Assembly (NCBI GenBank): GCA_965250285.1
Contig: OZ252299.1
Location: 2,816,001-2,880,000 of the forward strand
Source of the DNA: Myxococcota bacterium
Lineage (GTDB): Bacteria > Myxococcota_A > UBA9160 > UBA4427
Direction of reading: 5' to 3'
DNA: 64,000 nt
Below are positions 9,639 to 20,848 of the stretch, one piece after another. The notes under the pieces were generated by a model. The model worked only from the letters and a program-made list of their open reading frames with translations. It searched no databases and was not told where the DNA came from. Made by a program: the position numbers and the translations under genes. Numbering within the stretch: the stretch's first letter is position 1; every line of letters starts with the position of its first letter.

Positions 9639-11660
9639 TCAGCTACGCCCGATGGTCTCCTGAACGGTCTTGCAGACGGCATCGGCGGTGAAGCCGAAGT
9701 GGTCTGCCAACGCCTTCGCCGGCGCCGAGGCCCCGAAGCGATTCATCCCGTGGATCGCACCGCGGCGCCCGACCCAGCGCCCGAAGGCCTGGCCGCGACC
9801 CGCCTCGACAGCGACCACCGGGACGTCTTCGGGCACGACGTCGGCCTGCACCGAGGCCGGCTGCTCGGCGAAGATCTCGGTACACGGCGCGCTGACGACG
9901 CGCGCCGCGATGCCCGACGCCGTCAGCTGCTCAGCGGCCGCGAGACACAGCGAGACCTCGCTCCCCGACGCCATCAGCACGACGTCGGGCGCACCCTCGA
10001 CATCGCGCACGACGTAGGCGCCCTGGGCGATGTCGGCGGGCTCGAGCGCGCGGGCCCGGTCGATCACCGGCAGCCCCTGGCGCGTGAGCGAGAGCGCGGC
10101 CGGGCCGGCGCTCTGCAGGATCTCGGCGTACGCGAGCGCCGTCTCGGGGCCATCGGCCGGCCGCCACGTGCGTAGCCCGGGGATCAGCCGCAGCGAATCG
10201 ACCTGCTCGATCGGCTGGTGCGTCGGCCCGTCTTCGCCCACGAAGATCGAGTCGTGCGTGAAGACGAAGAGCGTCGGGATCTTCATGAGCGCGGCGAGCC
10301 GGATCGCCGGCCGGACGTAATCGCTGAAGATCAGGAAGGTGCCGCAGTAGGGCAGGAACGTGCCGTCGAGGGCCATGCCGTTGGCGATCGCGCCCATCGC
10401 ATGCTCGCGAATGCCGAAGTGGATGTTGCGACCGCGGAAGTCGCCGGGCGCCACGATGCCGACGTCCTTGATGATCGGCGGCGCCGCGCTGCCCGCGAGG
10501 TCAGCCGAGCCTCCGGCCATGTAGGGCACCAGGGTCGAGAGCTTCTGCAGCACCGCGCCCGAGTGCTGGCGCGTCGCCTTCTCGATGGCCATGCCTTCGC
10601 TCAGCTGGGCCGCGAGGTCGGCCGGCATGGCGCGCCCGCGCGCCGCATCCCAGGCCGCCCCGGCATCGGCGTTCGCCCCACGCCACTCGGTGTGGACCGA
10701 GTCGCGGGCCTCTCGCTCGCCGCGCTTCTCGGCGCGACGCGCGACGAGGTAGGCCTCGACGTCGGACGGCACGAGAAAAGTCGGCTCGTGGGGCCAGCCG
10801 GCTGCGTCCTTCGCGTTCGCGATGAAGCCGTCGTCGGTCAGCCCGGCGCCGTGCGCCTTCGGCGTGTCGATGATGTCGGGGCTGCCCTGCCCGATCTTCG
10901 TCTTCAGCACGATCAGCGTCGGGCGCGCCGTCTCGGCTCGGCCCGAGGCGAGCGCCTCGGCCAGACCGGCCGGATCCTGCCCCTCGATCGGGCCGAGCAC
11001 CTGCCAGCCCTGCGCTTCGAAGCGGGTCGGCACGTCGTCGCTGAAGGCGACCTCGGTGCGTCCGTCGATCGTGATCTCATTGTCGTCGTAGATGTAGATC
11101 AGGTTGCCGAGCCCGAGGTGGCCGGCGAACGAGGCGGCCTCGTACGAGATGCCCTCCATGAGATCGCCGTCGGACACGAAGCCGTAGACGAAGTGATCCC
11201 CCGGCACGCCGTCGCCCGACGCGTCGCCGCCGAACTGAGCGCGCGTCATGCGGCCCGCGAGCGCCATGCCGACGCCATGGGCGAAGCCCTGACCGAGGGG
11301 GCCGGTCGTGAGTTCGACGCCCGGCGTGTCGCCGTACTCGGGATGCCCCGGGGTCGCGGCGCCAAGCTGCCGGAAATCCTTGATGTCTTCGATCGAGACG
11401 TCGTAGCCGAAGAGGTGCAGCATCGCGTACTGCAGCATCGACGCGTGGCCGTTCGAGAGCACGAAGCGGTCGCGCAGAGGCCACTCGGGGTCGGTCGGAT
11501 CGAACCGGAGATGGTGGTCGAAGAGCTCGAGGGCCGCCGCAGCGAGCGACATGGGCGCGCCCACGTGGCCGCTGTTGGCCTTCTTGATCGCATCGACGGC
11601 CAGGAAGCGGATCGTGTGCTCGATCTGCTGCCGAAGCTCAGGGGGGCACTCGGTGGACAT
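9639..11660 (-). CDS. tkt: Transketolase
   Basis: ANSGHVGAPM, RDRFVLSNGH, TTGPLGQG, DGDLMEGIS, THDSIFVGEDGPTHQPIE. Start MSTECP at 11660. Confidence 0.97.
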   Translation of the reverse strand: MSTECPPELRQQIEHTIRFLAVDAIKKANSGHVGAPMSLAAAALELFDHHLRFDPTDPEWPLRDRFVLSNGHASMLQYAMLHLFGYDVSIEDIKDFRQLGAATPGHPEYGDTPGVELTTGPLGQGFAHGVGMALAGRMTRAQFGGDASGDGVPGDHFVYGFVSDGDLMEGISYEAASFAGHLGLGNLIYIYDDNEITIDGRTEVAFSDDVPTRFEAQGWQVLGPIEGQDPAGLAEALASGRAETARPTLIVLKTKIGQGSPDIIDTPKAHGAGLTDDGFIANAKDAAGWPHEPTFLVPSDVEAYLVARRAEKRGEREARDSVHTEWRGANADAGAAWDAARGRAMPADLAAQLSEGMAIEKATRQHSGAVLQKLSTLVPYMAGGSADLAGSAAPPIIKDVGIVAPGDFRGRNIHFGIREHAMGAIANGMALDGTFLPYCGTFLIFSDYVRPAIRLAALMKIPTLFVFTHDSIFVGEDGPTHQPIEQVDSLRLIPGLRTWRPADGPETALAYAEILQSAGPAALSLTRQGLPVIDRARALEPADIAQGAYVVRDVEGAPDVVLMASGSEVSLCLAAAEQLTASGIAARVVSAPCTEIFAEQPASVQADVVPEDVPVVAVEAGRGQAFGRWVGRRGAIHGMNRFGASAPAKALADHFGFTADAVCKTVQETIGRS

Positions 11661-12027
11661 CCACGTCTCCGTCGGGTTCGAGCCGGTTGTGGCGTGCGTC
11701 CGCGCGGACCGCCCCGCCGGCGCCTGGGGGAGCGCGGGGGCACGACGGGCCTGTCGGACATCGAAGCGCCAAGAGTAACGGCGAACGCCCCGACGCGGAA
11801 GCGCAAGCGCGCGACACAGCACAATCAGCGTCGACCAAAGCGAGATGCCGGCGCCCCGGCGAAGGACGAGGGGCCGAAGGGCAGCGCGACCGCGTTCGGC
11901 GACACGGGCTGCCCCGCACCCCCGAGGATGGAGCGCCGACGCGACCCGACTGCGCACGCGGCAGCGCGACCCGGAAACTAGTCAATCAAAAATCAAGATC
12001 AGGGAGCGGGCGCGCAGGTGCGCTGCG

Positions 12028-12102
12028 TGGTCGGGGTGGTGGGATTCGAACCCACGACGCTGAACCCCCAAAGTTCAGGCTCTACCACTGAGCTACACCC
12101 CG
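12028..12102 (-). tRNA. tRNA-Pro(TGG) with encoded CCA
   Basis: Reverse complement CGGGGTG TA GCTC AGTGGTA GAGC C TGAAC TT-TGG-GG GTTCA GCGTC GTGGG TTCGAAT CCCAC CACCCCG A CCA forms a full cloverleaf. Confidence 0.97.
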
Positions 12103-12157
12103 ACGGTGCGCGCAACCGGCGCGACCAAGGCTACACCAGCCGCGCCGGGCCCCGGCC

Positions 12158-12829
12158 TCAGCCGGCGCGGCGCTGCTCGGCGACGCCGCCGAGCCAGCCC
12201 ACCATGTCCCGCAGACTGTGCGGATTGATCTCGTGCCCCATCGGGTACTCGGCATGAGCGACCGACACGCCCAGCCCCTGCAGTCGCTCGATCGACTCGC
12301 GCGCGCGATCGACCGGGATCATCTGATCCTGTTCGCCGTGGATCACCAGCGTCGGCAACGCCTCGAGCTCGGGCCCCCGCTCGGCGCGCTGCACCAGCTC
12401 GGCCGGGAGCCAGGTCGAGAGCGCGATCAACGCCGCGAATTCGCCCGGACTGCGCAGCACCAGGTCGTACGCCATGACCCCGCCCTGGCTGAAGCCGAGC
12501 ACGTAGATCTCGTTCGGATCGACGGGGTACGCCGCCTTGGCGGCGTCGATGAAGCTGCGCAGCTCGAAGCTCGCCGCGACCATGGCGGACGGATCGGGGG
12601 GCCCGCCGCCCGTGATCGGAAACCACCCGTAGCCGCCGGGCCCGGGCTGACCGGGCGGCATCGGCACCTGCACGGGGCCCTGGGGACAGATGACGAGCGC
12701 CTCGCCGCCCAGCAGGTGCGGCGAGAGACCGAAGAGATCGTGCGCGTTCGCGCCCCAGCCATGCAGAGCGAAGATCGTGGGATGCGGACCCTTGCCCGCG
12801 GGGTGCTGCACCGTGTGAAAGAGATCCAT
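12158..12829 (-). CDS. Phospholipase/carboxylesterase (alpha/beta hydrolase)
   Basis: LHGWGAN, GFSQGG nucleophile, HGEQDQMIP, MGHEI. Start MDLFHT at 12829. Confidence 0.9.
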   Translation of the reverse strand: MDLFHTVQHPAGKGPHPTIFALHGWGANAHDLFGLSPHLLGGEALVICPQGPVQVPMPPGQPGPGGYGWFPITGGGPPDPSAMVAASFELRSFIDAAKAAYPVDPNEIYVLGFSQGGVMAYDLVLRSPGEFAALIALSTWLPAELVQRAERGPELEALPTLVIHGEQDQMIPVDRARESIERLQGLGVSVAHAEYPMGHEINPHSLRDMVGWLGGVAEQRRAG

Positions 12830-12943
12830 GGGGCGGCAACGTAGACCATGCAGCGACCCGTGTGGCGCGCGAAGGGGCCGGGTGCCCGCGCGCACACGCC
12901 CGGGCCGGACGAGGCGCGAAGCCGACGCCATCCGTGCTATCCA

Positions 12944-13136
12944 CCGGGGGCTCGGAGAGCAGGACCGGGCGCTTCGCCGGCGCGCTTTCGGCTCGAGGCG
13001 AACCCAGGTGGCTCACCGCCGTATCTAACCGGAATCGAATGGTTTCCGATCTCGTGGACGGGCTGGCTTCGGCCCCTTCGCTTGACACGGCGGCAGCGGG
13101 CCGACCATTCGGAAGCTCTCGAGCGCAGACCCCCGG
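12944..13136. ncRNA. Candidate structured RNA, unassigned family
   Basis: Nested complementary segments plus a possible 8-bp pseudoknot in the divergent intergenic region (see findings). Confidence 0.4.
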
Positions 13137-13191
13137 GCCCTGCGCCCGACCACGCCCCGCCCCGAGCGGCGGGCTCTGAAGTGAGATCGCC

Positions 13192-14595
<1,404 letters not shown>

Positions 14596-14597
14596 CC

Positions 14598-15197
14598 ATG
14601 TCAGAGCTCACGAAGATCCACCGCGTCGAAGGCCGTGCCACTGTCGTGCGAGGCGACGACATCGACACCGATCGAATCATCCCCGCCCGGTACATGAAGG
14701 TGACGACCTTCGACTCGATGGGCGAGCACCTGTTCAAGGACGCACGCCTGCAGGCGAAGGGCGATCACCCGCTCGACGACGAGCGCTTCGCCGGCTCGAA
14801 CATCTTGATCTCGGGCCAGAATTTCGGCTGCGGATCGTCGCGCGAGCACGCACCCCAGGCGCTGATGCGCTTCGGGTTCGAGGCGTTCATCGCAGGCTCG
14901 TTCGCCGAGATCTTCGCCGGCAACTGCGTCGCGCTCGGTCTCGTGTGCGTGACGCTCGGGCCCGACGAGCTGGCGATCCTCTCCGACTCGGTCGAGCTCG
15001 AGCCGGCGCAGAAGATCACGATCGAGGTCGAGACGGGTCGCATCACGTACGCCCACGGCGAAATGCAGGGTGACATCCCGCACGGGCCGCGCACGCAGCT
15101 GCTCGAAGGCACCTGGGACGCCACGCGCGTGCTGCTCGCGGCGGGCGATGAGATCGAGTCGACGGCCGCCGGCCTCGCCTACGTCAACGGCTACTGA
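14598..15197 (+). CDS. leuD: 3-isopropylmalate dehydratase small subunit
   Basis: IDTDRIIPARY, NFGCGSSREHAPQAL, SFAEIFAGN. Starts 2 nt after leuC. Confidence 0.97.
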   Translation: MSELTKIHRVEGRATVVRGDDIDTDRIIPARYMKVTTFDSMGEHLFKDARLQAKGDHPLDDERFAGSNILISGQNFGCGSSREHAPQALMRFGFEAFIAGSFAEIFAGNCVALGLVCVTLGPDELAILSDSVELEPAQKITIEVETGRITYAHGEMQGDIPHGPRTQLLEGTWDATRVLLAAGDEIESTAAGLAYVNGY

Positions 15198-15257
15198 GCC
15201 AGCGAGCCACGGCTTCTCGCTGGGGGATCGGCGCGTGACCGCGCACCCGGCCCTCGG

Positions 15258-16340
15258 CTAGAGCGTCGGGCTCTTGCGGCCGCTCGCGGCCTCGGCCTGC
15301 TGGCGGCGCTTCGTGAGTGCGCCGCCCGAGCGCCACATCCAGCAGCTGTCGATCATGCCGCCCATCATCTCGACGTCGCCTGTCTTGGCGCCGCCGGTCT
15401 TCTCGCCGCTCGGCGACTTGGGCTGCACGTAGAAGCGTTCGCTGATCGCGGCGAGCACCTGGATGAAGCCGGGCGCGAGCTGCAGCAGAAGATCGCGCAG
15501 CTCGAGGCGGCCCGAGTCGTCGCCGAACGTCGTCAGCACCCGCTTCGCCATGCCCGGCATGATCGGGGCCCCTTCGAAGCCCTCGAGCTCGGGCAACCGG
15601 TCGTGCCACGGCGCCGATCGCAGGGTCTCGCTGTCGCGATCTCGCTCGGCGACGCGCAGGTCGCGAAGCCGCCGCGTCCCCGACTCGACGGTCACCTGAA
15701 TCCGCACGTCGTGCTGGTGGGCCACGCGCGCGATCGGGCTGAGCCCCGCGCTGTTCGGCTTGGTGTAGAAGTCGCCGAGCTGCGCGACGAGCTGAATGCC
15801 GCCCTCGTCGGGCGCTTCGTAGCCGTCGACGAACGCACCGCGCCGAAACGGTCGCTCGCCCACGTCGCGGGTCGCGCCGTCTTCGGCGCGCGCCCTCTCT
15901 TCCCAGTCGAGCGCCGCCGGCAGCGCGTCGGCCATCATCTGAAAGAGCGTGAGCAGGTGCGAGCAGCCGAGCGCCCCGCCGAAGTGCGCCGAGAGCCGCT
16001 TGTGAAAGCCATCGTCGAGGGTCTCGCCCGAGAGCGCGACGAGCTTCGGGCCCGGGTCGCGGCAGCACTCGCCACCGGTGAGCGCAGACGGCTCGACCGC
16101 CACGTGGGGCTGCTCGACGCGGATGTCATGGATCACACGCGTCTCGGGGTCGAGCACGCCGAGGATCGCCATCTGGTGGATGATGCCGGCCGGCTGGATG
16201 TCGTCGATCATCGGCACGAAGCTGCACTTGCGCAGATCGTTGACGTCGCCTCGAAAGCGCCAGCGGCCGTCGTCGAGCACCTCGGTCTCGATCGTCAGCG
16301 CGCGCGTGTGCAGGGGATGACCGCTCGCCTCGAGCTGCAT
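15258..16340 (-). CDS. DUF2889-like protein
   Basis: Start MQLEASGHPLHTR at 16340. HTR motif, GGALGCSHL, C-terminal IDSCWMW as in DUF2889 proteins. Confidence 0.65.
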   Translation of the reverse strand: MQLEASGHPLHTRALTIETEVLDDGRWRFRGDVNDLRKCSFVPMIDDIQPAGIIHQMAILGVLDPETRVIHDIRVEQPHVAVEPSALTGGECCRDPGPKLVALSGETLDDGFHKRLSAHFGGALGCSHLLTLFQMMADALPAALDWEERARAEDGATRDVGERPFRRGAFVDGYEAPDEGGIQLVAQLGDFYTKPNSAGLSPIARVAHQHDVRIQVTVESGTRRLRDLRVAERDRDSETLRSAPWHDRLPELEGFEGAPIMPGMAKRVLTTFGDDSGRLELRDLLLQLAPGFIQVLAAISERFYVQPKSPSGEKTGGAKTGDVEMMGGMIDSCWMWRSGGALTKRRQQAEAASGRKSPTL

Positions 16341-16399
16341 CGTCGTCTCTCGTCCTTCTTCCTCACGGCGACCGCGATCGCCGGCTGACGGATCGGCGG

Positions 16400-16828
16400 T
16401 CAGACCCGCTCGCGTTCGGCCTGAGCGATCGTGTCGGTGATCATGAAGGTGCCCGACGAGCGCGCGAGCTCGTTGCCCTCGTCGTCGACGATCACGCCCT
16501 CGGCGTAGGCGGTGCGCCTCGTGGTGCGGGGCACGGTCGCCCGGGCAACGATGCGCCCGCTCTGCACCGGCCTGAAGTAGTTGATCTTGGCCTCGAGCGT
16601 CGCGCAGCCCTTGCCCTCGGGCAGCTTCGAGATGACCGCGCGCCCCATCACCGTATCGAGCATCGTGAAGAGCACGCCACCGTGGGCGCGGCCCGCCATC
16701 GACTGGTGCAGGTCGCCGATCTCGAGCGCCATCTCGCACACGCCCTCGCTCATCGACAGCGTCTCGCAGCCGAGGCGCTGCGTGAAGTCGCCGTTGTCGA
16801 TCGGGATGTCGGCTCGAATGTCTGCCAC
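16400..16828 (-). CDS. PaaI family hotdog-fold thioesterase
   Basis: AHGGVLFTMLDTVMG, TLEAKINYFRPV. Confidence 0.9.
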   Translation of the reverse strand: MADIRADIPIDNGDFTQRLGCETLSMSEGVCEMALEIGDLHQSMAGRAHGGVLFTMLDTVMGRAVISKLPEGKGCATLEAKINYFRPVQSGRIVARATVPRTTRRTAYAEGVIVDDEGNELARSSGTFMITDTIAQAERERV

Positions 16829-16834
16829 GCTCGC

Positions 16835-17611
16835 TCAGCGCCCCTCGAACTTCGGATCGCGCTTCTCGAGGAAGGCCGCCATGCCCTCGGTGCGATCGTC
16901 GGTCGCAAAGACGAGGCCGAACGCGTTCTGCTCGAGCGCGTTGGCCATCGCGAGGTCGGCATCCTGGCCCTGCTGCATCACGCGCTTGGCGAGCGAGATC
17001 GCCACCGGGCCCTTCTTCGCGATCGTCTCGCCCATCGCGACCGCCGCCGGCATGAGCTCGTCGGGCTCGAAGACCCGGTTGGCGAGGCCGATGCGCAGCG
17101 CCTCATCGGCCTTGATCGGCTCGCCGCCGAGGATCAGCTCCTTCGCCCAGGCGACGCCGACGCGACGCACCAGCCGGCTCGTCCCGCCGAACCCGGGCAA
17201 CAGACCGAGGTTGACCTCGGGCTGACCGAAGCGCGCCTTGCTCGACGCGTAGATGAAGTCGCACGCCAGCGCGAGCTCGCAGCCGCCGCCGAGGGCGAAG
17301 CCGTTCACCGCGGCGATCGTCGGCACGGGCAGCGCCTCGAGCGCGGCAAACGTCTCGTGGCCGAGCCGGCCGAAGGCCTCGCCTTCGAGCGGGGTCAGCG
17401 CGCTCATCTGCTCGATGTCGGCGCCCGCCGCAAACGCCCGTCCGGCGCCGGTCACGACGACGGCGCGCACCGTCGCGTCGCCGCTCAGCGTGGCGACCGC
17501 GTCGCGCAGCGCCTCGAGGGTCGCGCGATCGAGGGCGTTCAAGACATCGGGGCGGTCGAGGGTCAGCACGGCCAGGGGGCCTTGCCGCTCATGGCTCACG
17601 GGGCTGCTCAC
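16835..17611 (-). CDS. Enoyl-CoA hydratase/isomerase (crotonase)
   Basis: AFAAGADI, NGFALGGGCELALACD, FGQPEVNLGLLPGFGG. Probable GTG start at 17611. Confidence 0.93.
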   Translation of the reverse strand: MSSPVSHERQGPLAVLTLDRPDVLNALDRATLEALRDAVATLSGDATVRAVVVTGAGRAFAAGADIEQMSALTPLEGEAFGRLGHETFAALEALPVPTIAAVNGFALGGGCELALACDFIYASSKARFGQPEVNLGLLPGFGGTSRLVRRVGVAWAKELILGGEPIKADEALRIGLANRVFEPDELMPAAVAMGETIAKKGPVAISLAKRVMQQGQDADLAMANALEQNAFGLVFATDDRTEGMAAFLEKRDPKFEGR

Positions 17612-17910
17612 GAAGGGATCCTTCTTACGCGGTCGCACCGTGCCGACGGGCCAAGGGCCGGGTGGGCGCATGCGCGCTTCTCAACGGAGCGAGCACTCTA
17701 GCCCGATTCGCGAGCGCCGCCGAATCCCCTCAGACGGCCCCGCGAGACGACACGATTCGCGTGGTACGCTCCGGCGCCGCACGCGCGGCACGCATCGGAT
17801 GCGATCGTCGTGCATCGAAGCGCGCACGCGTTTAGCCGCGGCGCGAAACCACACGCACTCGCATGCGACCGAGCATCGACTCGCGATCGTCGCGACCAGG
17901 GAGAGCCCAG

Positions 17911-18672
17911 ATGGCCGAGGATCAGCCCGCACCGACGAGCCCCGAACCCGCCCGCACGTCCGTCGTGGCCGGCATCGCCCAGCGCATCGCCATCTTTGGC
18001 GGGCTCTCGATCGTCGTCGGCATCGGCATGGCGCAGGCGGGCGTCCCCCCGATGCTCGGCTTCATGGTCTTCGTCGCGGGCGGGCTCTTCGGCGGGCTCG
18101 CAGCGTTCACGCTCGGCGCCATCGGTTTCGTGCTGACACGAGGCGGGCAGGATCCGCTCGGCCGCAAGAACGCGATCATGGGCATGCTCGCCGGCATCGG
18201 CCTCTTCGCGATCGTGATGGTGCCCTCGCTCCGAGCCGGCGATCTTCCGCCGATCAACGACATCACCACCGACCTCGCCGATCCGCCGAGCTTCGCCGCG
18301 GGCCCCGACGCCCCCGACTACGGCGGCCGCGACATGAGCTACCCCGCCGAGTTCGTGCCGCAGGTGCGCGAGGCGTACCCCGACCTCAAGCCCATCGAGA
18401 CCACCCTCGACCCCGCGGCGGCGTACACCAAGGCCATCGAGACGGCCGAGTCGATCGGCTGGTTCATCACCTACAAGGATCCGAAAGACGGGGTCTTCGA
18501 CGCGACCGAGCGCACCGCCCTCTTCCGCTTCGTCGATGACGTCGCCGTGCGCGTGCGCGCCACGCCGACCGGCAGCCAGATCGACATCCGCTCGAAGTCG
18601 CGCGACGGCCGGGGCGACCTCGGCGCCAATGCGAACCGCATCCGCCGCTTCGTCGCGGCGTACGAGAACTAG
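17911..18672 (+). CDS. DUF1499 domain membrane protein
   Basis: Three N-terminal TM segments, PPINDITTD, FRFVDDVAVRV, IDIRSKSRDGRGDLGANANRI. Confidence 0.85.
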   Translation: MAEDQPAPTSPEPARTSVVAGIAQRIAIFGGLSIVVGIGMAQAGVPPMLGFMVFVAGGLFGGLAAFTLGAIGFVLTRGGQDPLGRKNAIMGMLAGIGLFAIVMVPSLRAGDLPPINDITTDLADPPSFAAGPDAPDYGGRDMSYPAEFVPQVREAYPDLKPIETTLDPAAAYTKAIETAESIGWFITYKDPKDGVFDATERTALFRFVDDVAVRVRATPTGSQIDIRSKSRDGRGDLGANANRIRRFVAAYEN

Positions 18673-20669
18673 CGCGAAGCGGTGTCGCCCGCGGAAGCGG
18701 GTTTCTCAGCGAGGTGCTCGTCGAGGAACGCGCCGATGCGGGTGAGCATGTCGATGCGCGAGGCGTGTCGCCAGATCGAGTGCTCGTCGTCCTCGTACTC
18801 GATGTACTCGACGGTCTTCCCCGCCTTCTTGAGCGCCTTGGCGAGCTTGCGCCCGTGCTCGACGTAGACGTTGAGATCTTCTTCGGGGTGGAAGATCAGC
18901 ACCGGGACGGTGAACTCCTTCGCTCGCTTGAGCGGGGAGCCGTGCTTGAGGACTTCGGCTGAGGTGCCGACGAACTCCTCGACGTAGTCGTTGTGATGGT
19001 ACTGGTCGATCAACTCGCCCGGGTCGCTGACACCCGCGATGTCGACGACGCATCGGTAGCGCGCGGGATGCTCGATGACACTCAAGAGCGACGCGTATCC
19101 GCCGAAACTCCAACCGACCGCGCAGACCCGGTCGGGGTCTGTGACACCCGCCTCGATCAGGTGCGTGAGCCCATCGTCGATATCCGACACCACCCGGCGC
19201 CATTCCTTGTACGCGCCATCGCCGATCCAATCTTCGCCGTATCCGAATGAGCCTCGATAGTTCGTCTGAAATACGACGAAGCCCTTGGCCACGAGGAACT
19301 GGGTCAGATAATCGAACCCCCAGGTATCCCGACTCTGTGGGCCTCCATGCGGCAGAACGATCGTCGGCAGGGGGCCCTCTGCAGCCTGGACCGGTCGTGT
19401 GACGTAACCGGGGATCTCCGTTCCATCCGCAGCGCGATATCGGATCGGTTTCATCGGCGACATCTCGATGTCACTGAGCGCCGGCCGATACGACTGCACG
19501 CGGTCGAGCTTTCTCTGGGCGACGTCGAGCCTGTAGTAGGTCCCGGGGTCGACGTCGCTATCGGCGAAGATCAGGTAGATCTTTCGATCCCAGCTCTCAT
19601 CGGTGACTGTGATAACTCGACCGGGGAGCGCGGCCCCGACCGCACGCACGACCCGCTCGACGGCCGGATCGAAGTACTCGACGTGCGGCCGATCGATCAC
19701 GTACTCGGCACCGACCAGCCGGCGATGGGGGCCGAGACGGCTGATGCTCCCGACGTCGATCTCGTCGTGCGCGAACATCACCTCGCGGTCGCGATCGCCC
19801 ACCTGGTCCTCACGGACGAGCGCCATTCGCCCGTCGATCCGCCGGACGGCGTACAGCAGATCTCGATCGTCCCCGAAGCCGATCGGGCTGAAGTCGTCGT
19901 GGTCGTCGCCGGGGCGCTCCTGCCAGATCTCTTTCCAACGCACCGCGCCGGGCGCCCGATGCTGCCAGGTTCGCACGTCGTTTCGAACCTTGAGCCGTAC
20001 CCTCGGCTCGGCATCGGCGTCCGTGATCCAGTGAAAGATGTGCGTCCCCGTCCGCTCGACCCGATCGAGCTTGCCCGTATGGATGTTCATGCGGCTGAGG
20101 CCCGTCCCGCGCTTGTCGGGCTCGCGAATCAGAACCCAGTCGGGTTCATCGGGAAGACGATCGATGATCTCGCCCTGGTACTGTCCGAGCGTGCCCGTCC
20201 CGACGAGCTTGCGGCGCATCCGCGCCTGCATCAGAACTCGCATGTCCGAGCCGTCGGCGTTCACGGCCACGACGCGCGAGTTTCCGTAGCGCGTGCCCTG
20301 AATGCGGCCGATCCCGTAGAACCGGCAGATGAGCCGATCGTCGTTCGCCCAAAGACAGCCTCGAAGGTCGTACTTGTCCTTGCGGCTCGCGAGAACCATC
20401 TTGGCCTTGCCGGTGCGGAAGTCGTGGACCATCGCAACGGGCAGATCGAGACCGCGCGGCTGCGCCACCATGACGGCGCGGGAACCGTCGGGGGACAACG
20501 AGGGCTCCCAGAACGACGGCAGTGCACCGAACGCCTCGGCCAGCTGCTCGTTGCTGAGCGCGGGGGCGGCCGCATGACCGGAAGGCGCCGTGGCGAACGA
20601 CGCGAGCACCATCAGCGCCGCGGTTTTGCACGCGAATGCGCAGACCTTCCGAACGCGCGCAGAACGCAT
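18669..20669 (-). CDS. Exported S9 (prolyl oligopeptidase family) peptidase, copy 1
   Basis: Signal peptide, LPHGGP, NYRGSFGYG, GWSFGG (Ser), D..V, EH triad residues. Confidence 0.92.
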   Translation of the reverse strand: MRSARVRKVCAFACKTAALMVLASFATAPSGHAAAPALSNEQLAEAFGALPSFWEPSLSPDGSRAVMVAQPRGLDLPVAMVHDFRTGKAKMVLASRKDKYDLRGCLWANDDRLICRFYGIGRIQGTRYGNSRVVAVNADGSDMRVLMQARMRRKLVGTGTLGQYQGEIIDRLPDEPDWVLIREPDKRGTGLSRMNIHTGKLDRVERTGTHIFHWITDADAEPRVRLKVRNDVRTWQHRAPGAVRWKEIWQERPGDDHDDFSPIGFGDDRDLLYAVRRIDGRMALVREDQVGDRDREVMFAHDEIDVGSISRLGPHRRLVGAEYVIDRPHVEYFDPAVERVVRAVGAALPGRVITVTDESWDRKIYLIFADSDVDPGTYYRLDVAQRKLDRVQSYRPALSDIEMSPMKPIRYRAADGTEIPGYVTRPVQAAEGPLPTIVLPHGGPQSRDTWGFDYLTQFLVAKGFVVFQTNYRGSFGYGEDWIGDGAYKEWRRVVSDIDDGLTHLIEAGVTDPDRVCAVGWSFGGYASLLSVIEHPARYRCVVDIAGVSDPGELIDQYHHNDYVEEFVGTSAEVLKHGSPLKRAKEFTVPVLIFHPEEDLNVYVEHGRKLAKALKKAGKTVEYIEYEDDEHSIWRHASRIDMLTRIGAFLDEHLAEKPASAGDTASR

Positions 20670-20848
20670 CGATCACCCCCCGAATCGAAGAGCCGCGGCA
20701 GCCCATGCTCCGCGTGCGATCGCGACATTCTCTCAGGTCGCGCCGGTCGAGTCACTTCGATTTCGGATGACATTCGGCCACCCGCTGCGGGGTGTTCCGA
20801 AGCGATACGTCGGCGCCGACAGGTCCGAATCCGGCACACCCAGCGGCG

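Noticed and set aside
11960..12102. tRNA-Pro as an integration site
   Set aside because: No integrase, no duplicated tRNA 3' end seen in the window, and the flanking genes are housekeeping.
13000..13021. T-box-like sequence GAACCCAGGTGGCTCACCGCCG upstream of leuC
   Set aside because: The bulge would be UGGCUCACC (9 nt) rather than UGGNACC, and I found no Stem I/specifier loop or terminator. Kept only as part of the unassigned structured element.
13082..13110. Perfect TTGACA -35 hexamer upstream of leuC
   Set aside because: No acceptable -10 hexamer at 16-18 nt spacing, and it lies within the predicted RNA helix.
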